A stretch of 64,000 bases of DNA from a virus. The notes under the pieces were generated by a model. It made no database searches. It was given only the letters and a program-made list of their open reading frames with translations, and was not told the origin of the DNA. The translations under genes were made by a program, and so were the position numbers. The stretch covers positions 18,625-82,624 of IMG/VR virus record IMGVR_UViG_3300032238_001058; one strand, 5' to 3'. Shown here in pieces: positions 18,108 through 27,436 of this stretch. Numbering within the stretch: position 1 is the stretch's first letter; each line of letters opens with the position of its first letter.

Positions 18108-19568
18108 ATGTCGCCCAAGAAAGGTGATCTTTTTGGTAACTTCAACCAAAAAATCGAATTTCAACCAGCGTCTATCAAACCAATAACTACCGAGTTTTCT
18201 CGTGGTGCCGTACCTGACTCCATTGTTGCAATGGATAGGGAATCATCTTGGGCACGGTGGCGTCGTGGATATGAACTGTCTGTAACGGTAGGAATTCAAC
18301 GGGGATTAACATTCCCCTTCCGTTACACAATGCCAACACCACCAGGAACTACGGTACCCCCTGGCAACCAACCGTTAATTGTTGGTGTTGTACAAGGATT
18401 TCCAACTTCAAACAGAGAGTTTGCAATTCATTGGACCGGCTGTCGTGTTGGTGCTTTACTCCGTTTTGATAATGTTTTTGATTCCACTGGTACTAGGGCA
18501 AGCGTTGCTTCCATAACTGAAGACGCAGATAACTGGTATGTACAACTGGCTGGCACCTGGAGCAGCAGCAACCCGCTCCCAGCCCCTCTCTACGTGCCCC
18601 CAGTGGGCGGCAATGCGGCACTTAAACCACTGAACGGCGAGATCGTTGAGGACCGCCTCCTGGAGCCTGGTGGGACTCCTCTGACAAGTGATACGTTAAA
18701 CGCCGCCACCAACAAAAAATATGGGTATGTACAGGCTTTACTTCTGGATGTAAATGGAACATCTGGTGTTCTTACATTAAAGAAAGCAGGATCTTTTGAA
18801 TCAACGCCAGACGGTGTTTTTATTACACCAGCAAGCCGCCCTCCGGCCATCAATAGATTCTTGACACTTGGTACAAGGTACGCATGTACTTGCCAAGATT
18901 TTAGTCGTCGTAGCTATGCGTATTTCCGTGACATGTTAGGGAGTTCTACCAAGAGATTTCCTTATACAAAACCTTCATCTTTAAAGTACGGCCGGCACGA
19001 GTTAATTACAAACTCTGATGGCAGCATCAATAACAATGCTGTCACTAATGAAGACGTAAATAGAAAACTTACTCTTACTTTTGAATCTCTTGATAACCCT
19101 GGTTTGTTTAGGGATTTTGGTGGACGATATCTTCGTAATGTTCCAAGTGCAGGAGCAGCAGAAGGCCCTGGTACTTTTGTTGACTACAAGGCAGTTAACA
19201 ATCAGATTGTTAGTTTTGATGATTACTGGACGCCGTTGTTAGATGAGATGCGTTACTGCAAACACATCTACGCATTACGTTTCCAAGAAGGTATCATCCT
19301 TCCAGAACCGTCTGACGTACCTATTGACATGGAGGAGGGAATGGTGCGATGGGAGCAAAAGCTAGTTAATGAATCAAGTGTTATGAAAAAACATGCTGAA
19401 TATGTTGATTCTGTTAATGGCCTTAAGTACATGGATTTGCCTCCAAGTAATTTCCAATCTCCACAAGTACTTCCAATGATGCAAAAACTTTTAAACGTTC
19501 CGACTAGTTTTATTAAACGTGCTAACTTTGAAATACAACGAAAAGACGGAGCGTTCACCAGTGGCTGA
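18108..19568 (+). CDS. Protein with interrupted SWIM-type zinc finger
   Basis: YACTCQDF ... YCKHIYA separated by over 100 aa. Confidence 0.6.
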   Translation: MSPKKGDLFGNFNQKIEFQPASIKPITTEFSRGAVPDSIVAMDRESSWARWRRGYELSVTVGIQRGLTFPFRYTMPTPPGTTVPPGNQPLIVGVVQGFPTSNREFAIHWTGCRVGALLRFDNVFDSTGTRASVASITEDADNWYVQLAGTWSSSNPLPAPLYVPPVGGNAALKPLNGEIVEDRLLEPGGTPLTSDTLNAATNKKYGYVQALLLDVNGTSGVLTLKKAGSFESTPDGVFITPASRPPAINRFLTLGTRYACTCQDFSRRSYAYFRDMLGSSTKRFPYTKPSSLKYGRHELITNSDGSINNNAVTNEDVNRKLTLTFESLDNPGLFRDFGGRYLRNVPSAGAAEGPGTFVDYKAVNNQIVSFDDYWTPLLDEMRYCKHIYALRFQEGIILPEPSDVPIDMEEGMVRWEQKLVNESSVMKKHAEYVDSVNGLKYMDLPPSNFQSPQVLPMMQKLLNVPTSFIKRANFEIQRKDGAFTSG

Positions 19569-19782
19569 ATTTGGAGATGTAGTAGAAACTAAATACGTTT
19601 TATCCCCTGAACAATTAGGTACTAGTGCCTTTGGTAACAGCACGGTTTACTACAGTGGCAGTCCAATTGTCTATTCTCCTGGAGATGTGGTTAATTTTCC
19701 CTATACCAGTGGAGAACTTTCTACAATGGAAGCAGTTGGTTTAGCCTGGAGCGCATATGCAAGCGGCATTGAACCAGCATAA
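19561..19782 (+). CDS. Hypothetical protein
   Basis: GTG start overlapping previous stop; GGAG upstream. Confidence 0.55.
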   Translation: MAEFGDVVETKYVLSPEQLGTSAFGNSTVYYSGSPIVYSPGDVVNFPYTSGELSTMEAVGLAWSAYASGIEPA

Positions 19783-19814
19783 AAAAACAGCCCCGAATTA
19801 ACGGAGCTGTTGTT
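19781..19814. terminator. Probable bidirectional terminator between convergent genes
   Basis: A run plus stem AACAGCCCCG/CGGAGCTGTT. Confidence 0.65.
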
Positions 19815-19830
19815 CCCCTCTTTTTAGGAC

Positions 19831-20064
19831 TTACGCAACGGCGGTAAGCTCTTTTTGTTTAGCAAGGTGTTTACGTACTGCATTTACATTCCACAGATAG
19901 CTATCCCTGGAGCGAGTAGAAGGAAATGCTGCAAAATGCGGGCCAAGCTTTAAGGTGCCGTCATCGCGGTATTTAAAAAGCGTCTTGCGGTCAATGCCAA
20001 GAAGCTCCTCTGCTTGCTGAACAGAGACCCAGCCCGGATGCTTAGCCATAAAGGTGGCAGTCAT
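19831..20064 (-). CDS. MerR/excisionase-like HTH DNA-binding protein
   Basis: WVSVQQAEELLGIDRKTLFKYRDDG.LKLGPHF. Confidence 0.75.
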   Translation of the reverse strand: MTATFMAKHPGWVSVQQAEELLGIDRKTLFKYRDDGTLKLGPHFAAFPSTRSRDSYLWNVNAVRKHLAKQKELTAVA

Positions 20065-20185
20065 TACCTCTGTACCTTACACGACAAGACTGATCCGTCA
20101 ACCGTCTTAAACAAATTTTTATCTTTTGTCTTTTGAAGGAAAAACGCATAGGGAAATTAGAATCAATTAACGGCAATTGAAGAGC

Positions 20186-20542
20186 ATGTTTTGCAGCCAG
20201 CACGAGCCCCTTGCCCTGCTAGTTGAATTAACCCCAAAACTTGCCAAGAAACGATTTAGAGAAAGTATATATCAAGCTTGGGATTGTAAATGTGTTTATT
20301 GCGAAGAACAGGCCACAAGCCTGGATCATGTTGTACCACGATTTAAATCTGGCTGCTCTAATAGGAATAACCTGGTGCCTGCATGTACTAAATGCAATGC
20401 AAATAAAGCATCATCTGAAATGGAACTATGGTACCGTCAACAGTCTTTTTTTACGGAAGAAAAGCTAAGTAGAATAAAAGCTTGGATGAAGCCCGAAGGT
20501 TTCACTTTGATTGATTTACAGCTACATAAAGAAGCATCATGA
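20186..20542 (+). CDS. HNH endonuclease
   Basis: CVYC...LDHVVPRFKSG...NLVPACTKCN. Confidence 0.9.
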   Translation: MFCSQHEPLALLVELTPKLAKKRFRESIYQAWDCKCVYCEEQATSLDHVVPRFKSGCSNRNNLVPACTKCNANKASSEMELWYRQQSFFTEEKLSRIKAWMKPEGFTLIDLQLHKEAS

Positions 20543-22752
20543 TTCGTTTTGAAAACGTAGGCGGTTTATTAAAACCTGTTCTGCCTAATGACGCAACAAA
20601 CGATGAAGTTACGGTTGCGGAAACGATTGCACAACGCTTTAACGGCATTCAAGGCCCTGGCGAAAACTATAAAACATTAATGGAGTCTCTTGATCAGACT
20701 CTTCAAAAAAACAACAGCAATGCCAAAAACTATATTGATGATGAAACAATTGCAACGGTTGAGAATTTTTACCAAAAAGCAACTGGTATACAGCCATGGG
20801 ATTCTTCTAAACAAGGAGTTTCACTTGACAAATTTGATCCAAAGTTCTATGCAAAGCAAGTTCCAAAAGAAGTTCAGAGCTGGAATAATGCATCTACCTC
20901 TGTTTCATTTGCTGGCAAAAAAATTCCAGACATTGACATTACAAAAAAGTATCCGGATTTAGATTCATTTTTGCACGCAGACTATACATTTGTTGGCGCT
21001 CCTGCTGGGCGTTTAGGTAAACCTAAACCCCTGGAAACTTACACAGAAACTTTACGGCCTCCTACTGATGCCGAGCGACAAATACTACGTGAAATATTGT
21101 TGAGCAAAACAACTGAAAGACCTACTTCTATTGCTGAGTTAGCCACGCAAAAGTACGTTGATACACAAGGAGAAAAAACATTTGGCGCTTTGTCAGCTGA
21201 TGTTTTAAAACAAACTCTTGATGAATACGGTAAAGCTCTTAAAGAACAAGGCATGGTTGACATGCTTCAAGGCATGGGCATGCCCAATGTCAACAACTTT
21301 AAGCAAGACATTAAGAACTCAATTCTTGGGGATGTGGGCGCTGGTGGGTACATGGGCTTTGGAAGTGATTCCAAATCAGGTAAAAAATTATCAGACAGTT
21401 TGGACCGCAGTCTTGGCATAGGTTCATCCGTCCAATACAACTGGCAGAAATGGTTTGACGAAACCTTGACAAAACGATATCAAACAATTTCTGAAGTCAG
21501 GGACCCAGTGGATGCATCTAAGGTTTACAAGATTGAAAAAGAATTTGCTAACTCTTTTGTTCAAAATTACTTGAAGCCTAGATTTGATACGTCAAAATCC
21601 ATAGCTGAGTTTGTTAGTTACATGGACGTTAAAAATAACGAGCAAAATGTTTTGCAAACACAACTTGCCTCAAGTGCTTTAAAAGATTTTGCCAATAACC
21701 AAGCGCAAGCATATATTAATCAACTTGGTTCCAAAGCAACACAAAAAGAATTTGACCCTAGTTTCTACTGGAATCCCGAACTGCTTTCAGGAACTGATCA
21801 AACAGGTAAAAGTAATTTATATACACAGCAAAAACAAGAAGTTCAAAGTTCCTGGGACGCACGCAACAGTGATCAAGTTATAAAAGACGGAAAAACCTGG
21901 GGTCAACTTGCTTATGAATATGGAATTAATCTAGAAGATAAAAATGATTTTGCCCGTCTACATTATGTTGTACTTGGTAAAGATAAAAACTATGACCCAG
22001 TTGCTGACTCATATTCCACAAAAGATTTAGCTGCATTTATTCAGGGTCCTCTTGCAGATGCTTTACAGAGTCAAAAAACTTCTTTTGGTAATCCTGTATT
22101 TCTTGGTTTTGTTTCAGCAGAACAAAAAGCTAAGGAATTTGTAGACAAGTTAAATGTTTCAAGCTTGCCAGCAGATCTTCAAACAAAATTAACAGATCTT
22201 GGCTACAACACAAAAACAGATTCTACTGATGAAATTAAAAGCGCTTTGGTGAATATTTTAAGTACTGATCCAGCGATTGATATCCGTGCACGCATTAAAG
22301 AGTTAAACGAACAAAAGATTAAACCAACGCAAGAACAACTTGGGGCAGGATATATTCAACGTGATACCGATCAAAAAGTTGAAGCGCCTGCAGGGGGTAG
22401 CGCACTGTTTAAGATCTTTCAAAAAGCAGGGTATGGTGGAAATGAATCGGAGTTTTATACTGAGTTTTTTCCCGACGCCACTGAAGAGGATAAGAGTTTG
22501 AATATTTTGAGTTCAGGACAAAAAAGCTCGTCTAAAGATTTGCAAAACTTGATGGGATTTAATTTACCTGACCTTTCAGATCCGTTTGTTGCAATGACTT
22601 CAATTGATAACATGCTTTCTGATGATACTATAAAAAAGAAAGAAACGTATAAACCGACTCGCTCTAGTTACTTTGATTACTTTACAGACGAAAAAGATGA
22701 AGGTGCTCCTTCTCTCTTTGGTGGAACTGGCCTTGGTTCATTCTTTGGTTAA
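20539..22752 (+). CDS. Large hypothetical (probably virion) protein
   Basis: 737-aa ORF, ATGA-coupled. Confidence 0.65.
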   Translation: MIRFENVGGLLKPVLPNDATNDEVTVAETIAQRFNGIQGPGENYKTLMESLDQTLQKNNSNAKNYIDDETIATVENFYQKATGIQPWDSSKQGVSLDKFDPKFYAKQVPKEVQSWNNASTSVSFAGKKIPDIDITKKYPDLDSFLHADYTFVGAPAGRLGKPKPLETYTETLRPPTDAERQILREILLSKTTERPTSIAELATQKYVDTQGEKTFGALSADVLKQTLDEYGKALKEQGMVDMLQGMGMPNVNNFKQDIKNSILGDVGAGGYMGFGSDSKSGKKLSDSLDRSLGIGSSVQYNWQKWFDETLTKRYQTISEVRDPVDASKVYKIEKEFANSFVQNYLKPRFDTSKSIAEFVSYMDVKNNEQNVLQTQLASSALKDFANNQAQAYINQLGSKATQKEFDPSFYWNPELLSGTDQTGKSNLYTQQKQEVQSSWDARNSDQVIKDGKTWGQLAYEYGINLEDKNDFARLHYVVLGKDKNYDPVADSYSTKDLAAFIQGPLADALQSQKTSFGNPVFLGFVSAEQKAKEFVDKLNVSSLPADLQTKLTDLGYNTKTDSTDEIKSALVNILSTDPAIDIRARIKELNEQKIKPTQEQLGAGYIQRDTDQKVEAPAGGSALFKIFQKAGYGGNESEFYTEFFPDATEEDKSLNILSSGQKSSSKDLQNLMGFNLPDLSDPFVAMTSIDNMLSDDTIKKKETYKPTRSSYFDYFTDEKDEGAPSLFGGTGLGSFFG

Positions 22753-22757
22753 CAACT

Positions 22758-23129
22758 ATGTCAGATAAATCACGTAAAGCAGCCAGTGCCGCCAAGCTCC
22801 ACAAAGACTCTATGGAGTGCAACAAACCAAGGAAAACTCCAAGTCATCCAACTAAAAGCCATGTTGTAAAAGCATGTAAAGACGGCAAAGAAAAAATTAT
22901 TCACTTTGGTCAACAAGGTGTAGTGGGCGCTGGTAAACATCCAAAAACAGAAAAGGACAAGGCACGCAAAAGATCTTATTACGCCAGGCATAACGCACAA
23001 GATGCAAACCCGGATATCATGTCAGCTCGGTACTGGAGCAATAAAGTAAAGTGGATGATCCTAGGTGGTATACTAGGGGCTGATGCAATTACCCAATGTC
23101 TTCACAGCATTGGAACTATGTTGACGTAA
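22758..23129 (+). CDS. Small basic phage protein
   Basis: HPTKSHVVKAC...IHFGQQG...SYYARH...SARYWS motif, common in phages. Confidence 0.7.
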   Translation: MSDKSRKAASAAKLHKDSMECNKPRKTPSHPTKSHVVKACKDGKEKIIHFGQQGVVGAGKHPKTEKDKARKRSYYARHNAQDANPDIMSARYWSNKVKWMILGGILGADAITQCLHSIGTMLT

Positions 23130-23521
23130 GGTGTTTTACCTGTGCTAAAGAAGCAAAAATAAGAATAGATCAATTTAATCGTCGAGGAAAAACCTGGGAA
23201 TGCAGATCTTGCGCTTACAAAGGAAAAAAACTTAGCGTGCAAAATCCTTCCGCTCGCCATGATTCAATTAAAAAAGGAGCCTGGAGCAGTTATTACAAAG
23301 CAAAAAGGAGGTGCACTTCGGGTCATTATGGTTATTACACAAACATCGAGTTCAGATTTGATTCTTTTGACGAGTTTTATGCAGAATTGGGGCCAAGAAC
23401 AGAGGGGATGAGCCTAGATCGTATCGATAACTTTGGGCATTACGAACCAGGTAACGTTAGATGGGCCACTCATCAAGAGCAGTGTAACAACCGGCGTGCT
23501 CGCGGCTCTGTTTCCAGGTAA
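23096..23521 (+). CDS. Free-standing HNH homing endonuclease
   Basis: SLDRIDNFGHYEPGNVRWAT..EQ.NNRR; N-terminal Cys pairs; own TGgTATACT box upstream. Confidence 0.85.
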   Translation: MSSQHWNYVDVRCFTCAKEAKIRIDQFNRRGKTWECRSCAYKGKKLSVQNPSARHDSIKKGAWSSYYKAKRRCTSGHYGYYTNIEFRFDSFDEFYAELGPRTEGMSLDRIDNFGHYEPGNVRWATHQEQCNNRRARGSVSR

Positions 23522-23547
23522 AGTAGTGACGCCAACTCCTTTCCGTC

Positions 23548-23670
23548 ATGGCAAAACCCAAATCAGTCACAGTCCGTCTTGAGTCCAAACCGAAGCGCAC
23601 CAGACAAGGTCAGGGCAGGCACTCCTTGCCTAGCCACGGACGTAAACTGTCTCGCGGTCAAGGCAGGTAA
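23548..23670 (+). CDS. 40-aa Arg/Lys-rich peptide (not in ORF track)
   Basis: MAKPK...PKRTRQGQGRHS...RGQGR, recalled from cyanophage small basic proteins. Confidence 0.65.
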   Translation: MAKPKSVTVRLESKPKRTRQGQGRHSLPSHGRKLSRGQGR

Positions 23671-23705
23671 ATTGTGTATGATTGGAAGTAATAGTAGTTA
23701 CTTCC

Positions 23706-24365
23706 ATGACGGATTTTTCGCATGCCGTTAACCTAATTCGTAAATACGAAGGGTTTAACGAAAAAGCGTACTCTAATCTGTCGTCAGGTGGCGAACCATA
23801 TACCATCGGGTTTGGAACTCAGTTCTATCCCGATGGTTCTCCTGTTAAACGCGGCCAATGCTGTAGCCAAGAGAAAGCTTTAGAGTATCTTTACCATGAG
23901 CTTTCTGTCATTGATACACAGCTTTCTAAATTAAACCTTGGCTTGGACAGCAGTATGCGGCAAGCGCTTCTTTCGTTTGTGCATTCAGTTGGCTGGGAAG
24001 CATTTTTGTATGGGCGGATAATTGATTGTATTGAGCATGAAAATTTTTATGCTGCTACAGAAGAGATGGGCCGTTGGGTTTTTGATGAGGACCATCAAGT
24101 AATCGGAGGTTTACTTCACAGGCGTCGTGAAGAGGTCCAGCTTTTTCTTAAAGAGATTGACGTAAACCCTTGGTCTTCCACAGACGTACTGCTTGCGGCA
24201 TTCCGAAACTACACTGCTGCCCCGCACCAAGTAAAAGCCATTCGCTCCCTGGAGCAAAACCTTAGTCCTTACGTCATAGCACAGTTTGCTAACGAGTTTC
24301 AAATAGATGATGACCCCTGGGACGACTACACCAACGATGACGTTCCTTTAGAATTCAGTAGCTAG
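23706..24365 (+). CDS. GH24 (T4/P21-like) lysozyme with C-terminal extension
   Basis: LIRKYEG...YTIGFG...ALLSFVHSVG...WV...GLLHRRREE. Confidence 0.85.
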   Translation: MTDFSHAVNLIRKYEGFNEKAYSNLSSGGEPYTIGFGTQFYPDGSPVKRGQCCSQEKALEYLYHELSVIDTQLSKLNLGLDSSMRQALLSFVHSVGWEAFLYGRIIDCIEHENFYAATEEMGRWVFDEDHQVIGGLLHRRREEVQLFLKEIDVNPWSSTDVLLAAFRNYTAAPHQVKAIRSLEQNLSPYVIAQFANEFQIDDDPWDDYTNDDVPLEFSS

Positions 24366-24389
24366 GTTTAGAATACTTGCAGTAAAAAG

Positions 24390-24692
24390 ATGCAGAGCGG
24401 AATGGAGCGGTCAGTTGAGCCCAGGGAATTTGAACTTCCTTTGGAACTCCAGTTTGCAATGCGTAAAGCAGAACTTCAGGCTCAAGAGATGACCTGGGAC
24501 GAGCTTCACGCCGCTTTGTTAAATCTGTACCACCAACGTTTGATGGAATGGTACGCCATTCGAGACATCATGGCGTCTGAAAACATTGAAATCGATTGGG
24601 ATCACCCAACTGATATTGAGTTAGCTGAACTCGCCGCCACATGTTTTTACGACGACGAGGATGATGATGAGGAAAAGTTACAGCCGTTTTGA
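24390..24692 (+). CDS. nblA: NblA-like phycobilisome degradation adaptor
   Basis: ELPLELQFAMRKAELQAQEMTWDELHAALLNLYHQ fits the NblA pattern L.LE.QF..R.....Q.M..D....L..LY.Q. Confidence 0.7.
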   Translation: MQSGMERSVEPREFELPLELQFAMRKAELQAQEMTWDELHAALLNLYHQRLMEWYAIRDIMASENIEIDWDHPTDIELAELAATCFYDDEDDDEEKLQPF

Positions 24693-24693
24693 A

Positions 24694-25170
24694 CTACTCT
24701 AGTTCAATTAGACGTGTTAGGTACCACTGCGCTTTCTTCAGTGATTCTGTCCCGCCTTTATATTTCTCACGCCAAACATACTTGGCAATATTACCCTTTA
24801 GGTATCCGCGATATTCTTCGGCGGTTAGCTGTGCCTCGATTGCTTCGATGCATTCAATCTCTCCGTCAGTGTAATGTGAAGGGTGATTAACTACATCTTT
24901 TTGGATGGAAGGGGTTGAACTTGTTGTTATTGCCCAGGGGACTGGGCAGACTCCATCTTTGCATTCATCACTTTCTATCGGAGCAAACCACGCCGTTTCG
25001 CCGAAAACAGCTGTTCCTTTTCGTCCGGTGCTCCCAAATCCAGCACTAACGTCTTGGGTTTTGGTGACGCTCCCATCGCCATCCCCTGCTCCATCGAAGG
25101 GATGTAACCCGTCGTTCCGAGCCGTGCTCCCTCTAGATTCAGTGGATTCCTTTCCAGACCTTGCTCGCAT
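24694..25170 (-). CDS. DUF3310/SaV-like protein
   Basis: VNHPSHYT.G.IECIEAI...GYLKGNIAKY.WR...KGG.ESLKKAQWYL. Confidence 0.85.
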   Translation of the reverse strand: MRARSGKESTESRGSTARNDGLHPFDGAGDGDGSVTKTQDVSAGFGSTGRKGTAVFGETAWFAPIESDECKDGVCPVPWAITTSSTPSIQKDVVNHPSHYTDGEIECIEAIEAQLTAEEYRGYLKGNIAKYVWREKYKGGTESLKKAQWYLTRLIELE

Positions 25171-25319
25171 AACGCCAGACCCCTGTTGTACATGTCATAC
25201 AATGGTACATCATTTTCTTCGTTGGCGAGAGGAGCTTCAAAATCTTCCTCATTAAGACAACGGCAATCCAATTCATCTTGTACAAAACTATCTAAAAACC
25301 CTGCGGCAGAATGCATCAT
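24975..25319 (-). CDS. Hypothetical protein
   Basis: 114 aa; its 3' part overlaps the DUF3310 ORF in another frame. Confidence 0.55.
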   Translation of the reverse strand: MMHSAAGFLDSFVQDELDCRCLNEEDFEAPLANEENDVPLYDMYNRGLALCEQGLERNPLNLEGARLGTTGYIPSMEQGMAMGASPKPKTLVLDLGAPDEKEQLFSAKRRGLLR

Positions 25320-25355
25320 GGTGTTTAAGCGATTTACGTCTCTTACAATGATAAG

Positions 25356-25832
25356 ATGGCAAACACTCCTCCACCTAATTCCGTAAAAAATCTAGGTACC
25401 TCTGGAAACGAGGACTCAGATTTAACGCCCGCATCTGGTTACAACGTAGACCTTAGATACGGAAACGCAAAAGAAGAGGAATATAAAAAAAGGGCGGATG
25501 TTCCAACAGTAACCCCTGGTTCTTGGCCCGAAAGACCGTCCTACACAAAAGAAGGAGATGTTATTAACCAGCAGAAAGCAGAAAAATTTATTAAATCAGC
25601 TAAAGCTGCTGGTCGTTTTCAAGTTGCAAGGGATTTAAACGAGTATACGCTCAAAGGCAAGACACCAAGAAATGCAACATACACGAATGTTTCTTCTTTT
25701 GGCCAGCCTTTTGGAGGATTACAAACGCCCTCGATGGGAGAATCTGGTGGCAAAGGCGGGTACGTTGGATATGCCGACAAACCAACGTCATCTGCCGGCA
25801 AACCATTCTCTTGGTTAGATAGGTTTGGTTGA
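25356..25832 (+). CDS. Hypothetical protein
   Basis: 158-aa ORF after a TACAAT box. Confidence 0.6.
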   Translation: MANTPPPNSVKNLGTSGNEDSDLTPASGYNVDLRYGNAKEEEYKKRADVPTVTPGSWPERPSYTKEGDVINQQKAEKFIKSAKAAGRFQVARDLNEYTLKGKTPRNATYTNVSSFGQPFGGLQTPSMGESGGKGGYVGYADKPTSSAGKPFSWLDRFG

Positions 25833-26420
25833 TTAAACCTGAGAGAATACTACGTTATTTGGTTGATCTTGATACTTGCCCTTTCGGTCCTGGTAACTAA
25901 CCTCACAAGGGTTACCACGATAGAAAAGTAATTGAGTGATCCCTTCGTTTGCGTATATACGATTAAAAAGTCCAGTGCAGTTACTTATTTCCAATGTCAA
26001 GTAACCTTCCCAACCGCTTTCGGCTGGCGTAATGTTTACAAGGATTCCTGAACGAGCGTACGTAGACTTACCAACTGCAACTACGGTCACATCTCGTGGT
26101 AATTGCAACCGTTCTTGCGCAACGCCAAGGCAATAACCGTATGGAGGAAGTAAAAAATATTGACCGCGTTCGTCTTCTAAAAGATCCGCAGGTTTCAAAA
26201 TGGTTGGATCAAAGTTCTTTGGATCACAATCACCACCTTGGATCTTACCAAAAATTAAACACTGACTAGGTGAGAGCCGGATATCGTAACCGTATGAACT
26301 CAGTCCGTAACTAAGGAGCTTGCGTCCGTTTTCTTTGTTGACAAGGTGATCAACAAAGGGTTCGATCATTCCTTTTTTTTCGGCAAGTTGCTTGATCTCC
26401 CAGTCGGCCAGTACGCTCAT
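25833..26420 (-). CDS. dcd: dCTP deaminase
   Basis: SYGLSSYGYDIRL, GKSTYARSG, GWEGYLTLEISN, YANEGITQ, RKGKYQ. Confidence 0.95.
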   Translation of the reverse strand: MSVLADWEIKQLAEKKGMIEPFVDHLVNKENGRKLLSYGLSSYGYDIRLSPSQCLIFGKIQGGDCDPKNFDPTILKPADLLEDERGQYFLLPPYGYCLGVAQERLQLPRDVTVVAVGKSTYARSGILVNITPAESGWEGYLTLEISNCTGLFNRIYANEGITQLLFYRGNPCEVSYQDRKGKYQDQPNNVVFSQV

Positions 26421-26453
26421 GATTTTTTGTAATCGTATTTCAGTATACTCGGC

Positions 26454-27047
26454 TCAAGAAAGGATGTGCCCACGTTCCGAGTAGATGTCTATGAATCGTT
26501 CCGTTGCCTCGCTTGCACAATCCATGGGAGGAAGGTACACAAGGAAAGAAGTACACGTAGTTGCAACTTCAACTTTTCCTTGGCGATGACGATTGAGCTT
26601 TGGCACCGTCCTTAAAATACACATTGGAAATTCAAAAATTTTAGGTTCGTAACGAATCATGTCAGGACAATTACTAAAATAAAGACCTTGCTTTACTTGA
26701 CCTGACAACCATTCATGGTACAAACGCCGAAACCATACGGCATGAGAAGAGGTCAATGATAAAGCAGAGGCTCGTGTCATTTTCCATCGTTCATGTTTCT
26801 TATCCCAAAAATATGCTCCAGCGGGGGGAAACAAATATACATTTCCATACCAAAGTTGCGTATTTAATGCATCATCTGATGGTGTGTAAAACTGTTTAGC
26901 TTGTACATATTCGTTGGCAATTTTGGAACTTGCTACATCTAGATCAATTCCACTCATCAATTCGTTAGCAGCACATACAAGATCCGAGCTAGTGATCCAC
27001 TCAATTTCTTCGGACTTGGATTTAATCTTGCGAGCGCCTCCGGTCAT
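26454..27047 (-). CDS. Phage Dam-family adenine methyltransferase homolog with altered catalytic motif
   Basis: EWIT, IDLDVAS, AN..V.A..FYT..DD.L, W.GNV.L; motif IV reads FPPA instead of NPPY. Confidence 0.65.
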   Translation of the reverse strand: MTGGARKIKSKSEEIEWITSSDLVCAANELMSGIDLDVASSKIANEYVQAKQFYTPSDDALNTQLWYGNVYLFPPAGAYFWDKKHERWKMTRASALSLTSSHAVWFRRLYHEWLSGQVKQGLYFSNCPDMIRYEPKIFEFPMCILRTVPKLNRHRQGKVEVATTCTSFLVYLPPMDCASEATERFIDIYSERGHILS

Positions 27048-27436
27048 TTTTTTTCATCCACTTTGTTGTAATCAATTTCTAAATAACGCATGCCGTCACG
27101 ATCGTTAATCAAGTATCCTGCTTTTTCCAGGGGATTAATCTTTTGTGCGGCTTCAAGAATACGTCTAAATGTTTCAGCTAGATCTCCATTATTTTCATGT
27201 TCACACTCCTCTTGTGCTGAGTGCAACTCTTTGAGTGTCATGAAAAACATTGAACGTTCTTTGTTTTTAGGTTGAAAGACCATGATACCTGGCCCCTCAA
27301 CTTCCCACATTTTGCAGTAATGCTGCCCCATGTCACTCAGAATTAATTTCAAAGTGCCGTCAAGGATCTTGGCTTTTGTTTCATCCATCTCTGGACCAAT
27401 AACAGAAGCAATTAACTTTTCACGTCGGTTTGACAT
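27044..27436 (-). CDS. Hypothetical protein
   Basis: 130 aa, coupled in operon. Confidence 0.65.
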   Translation of the reverse strand: MSNRREKLIASVIGPEMDETKAKILDGTLKLILSDMGQHYCKMWEVEGPGIMVFQPKNKERSMFFMTLKELHSAQEECEHENNGDLAETFRRILEAAQKINPLEKAGYLINDRDGMRYLEIDYNKVDEKK

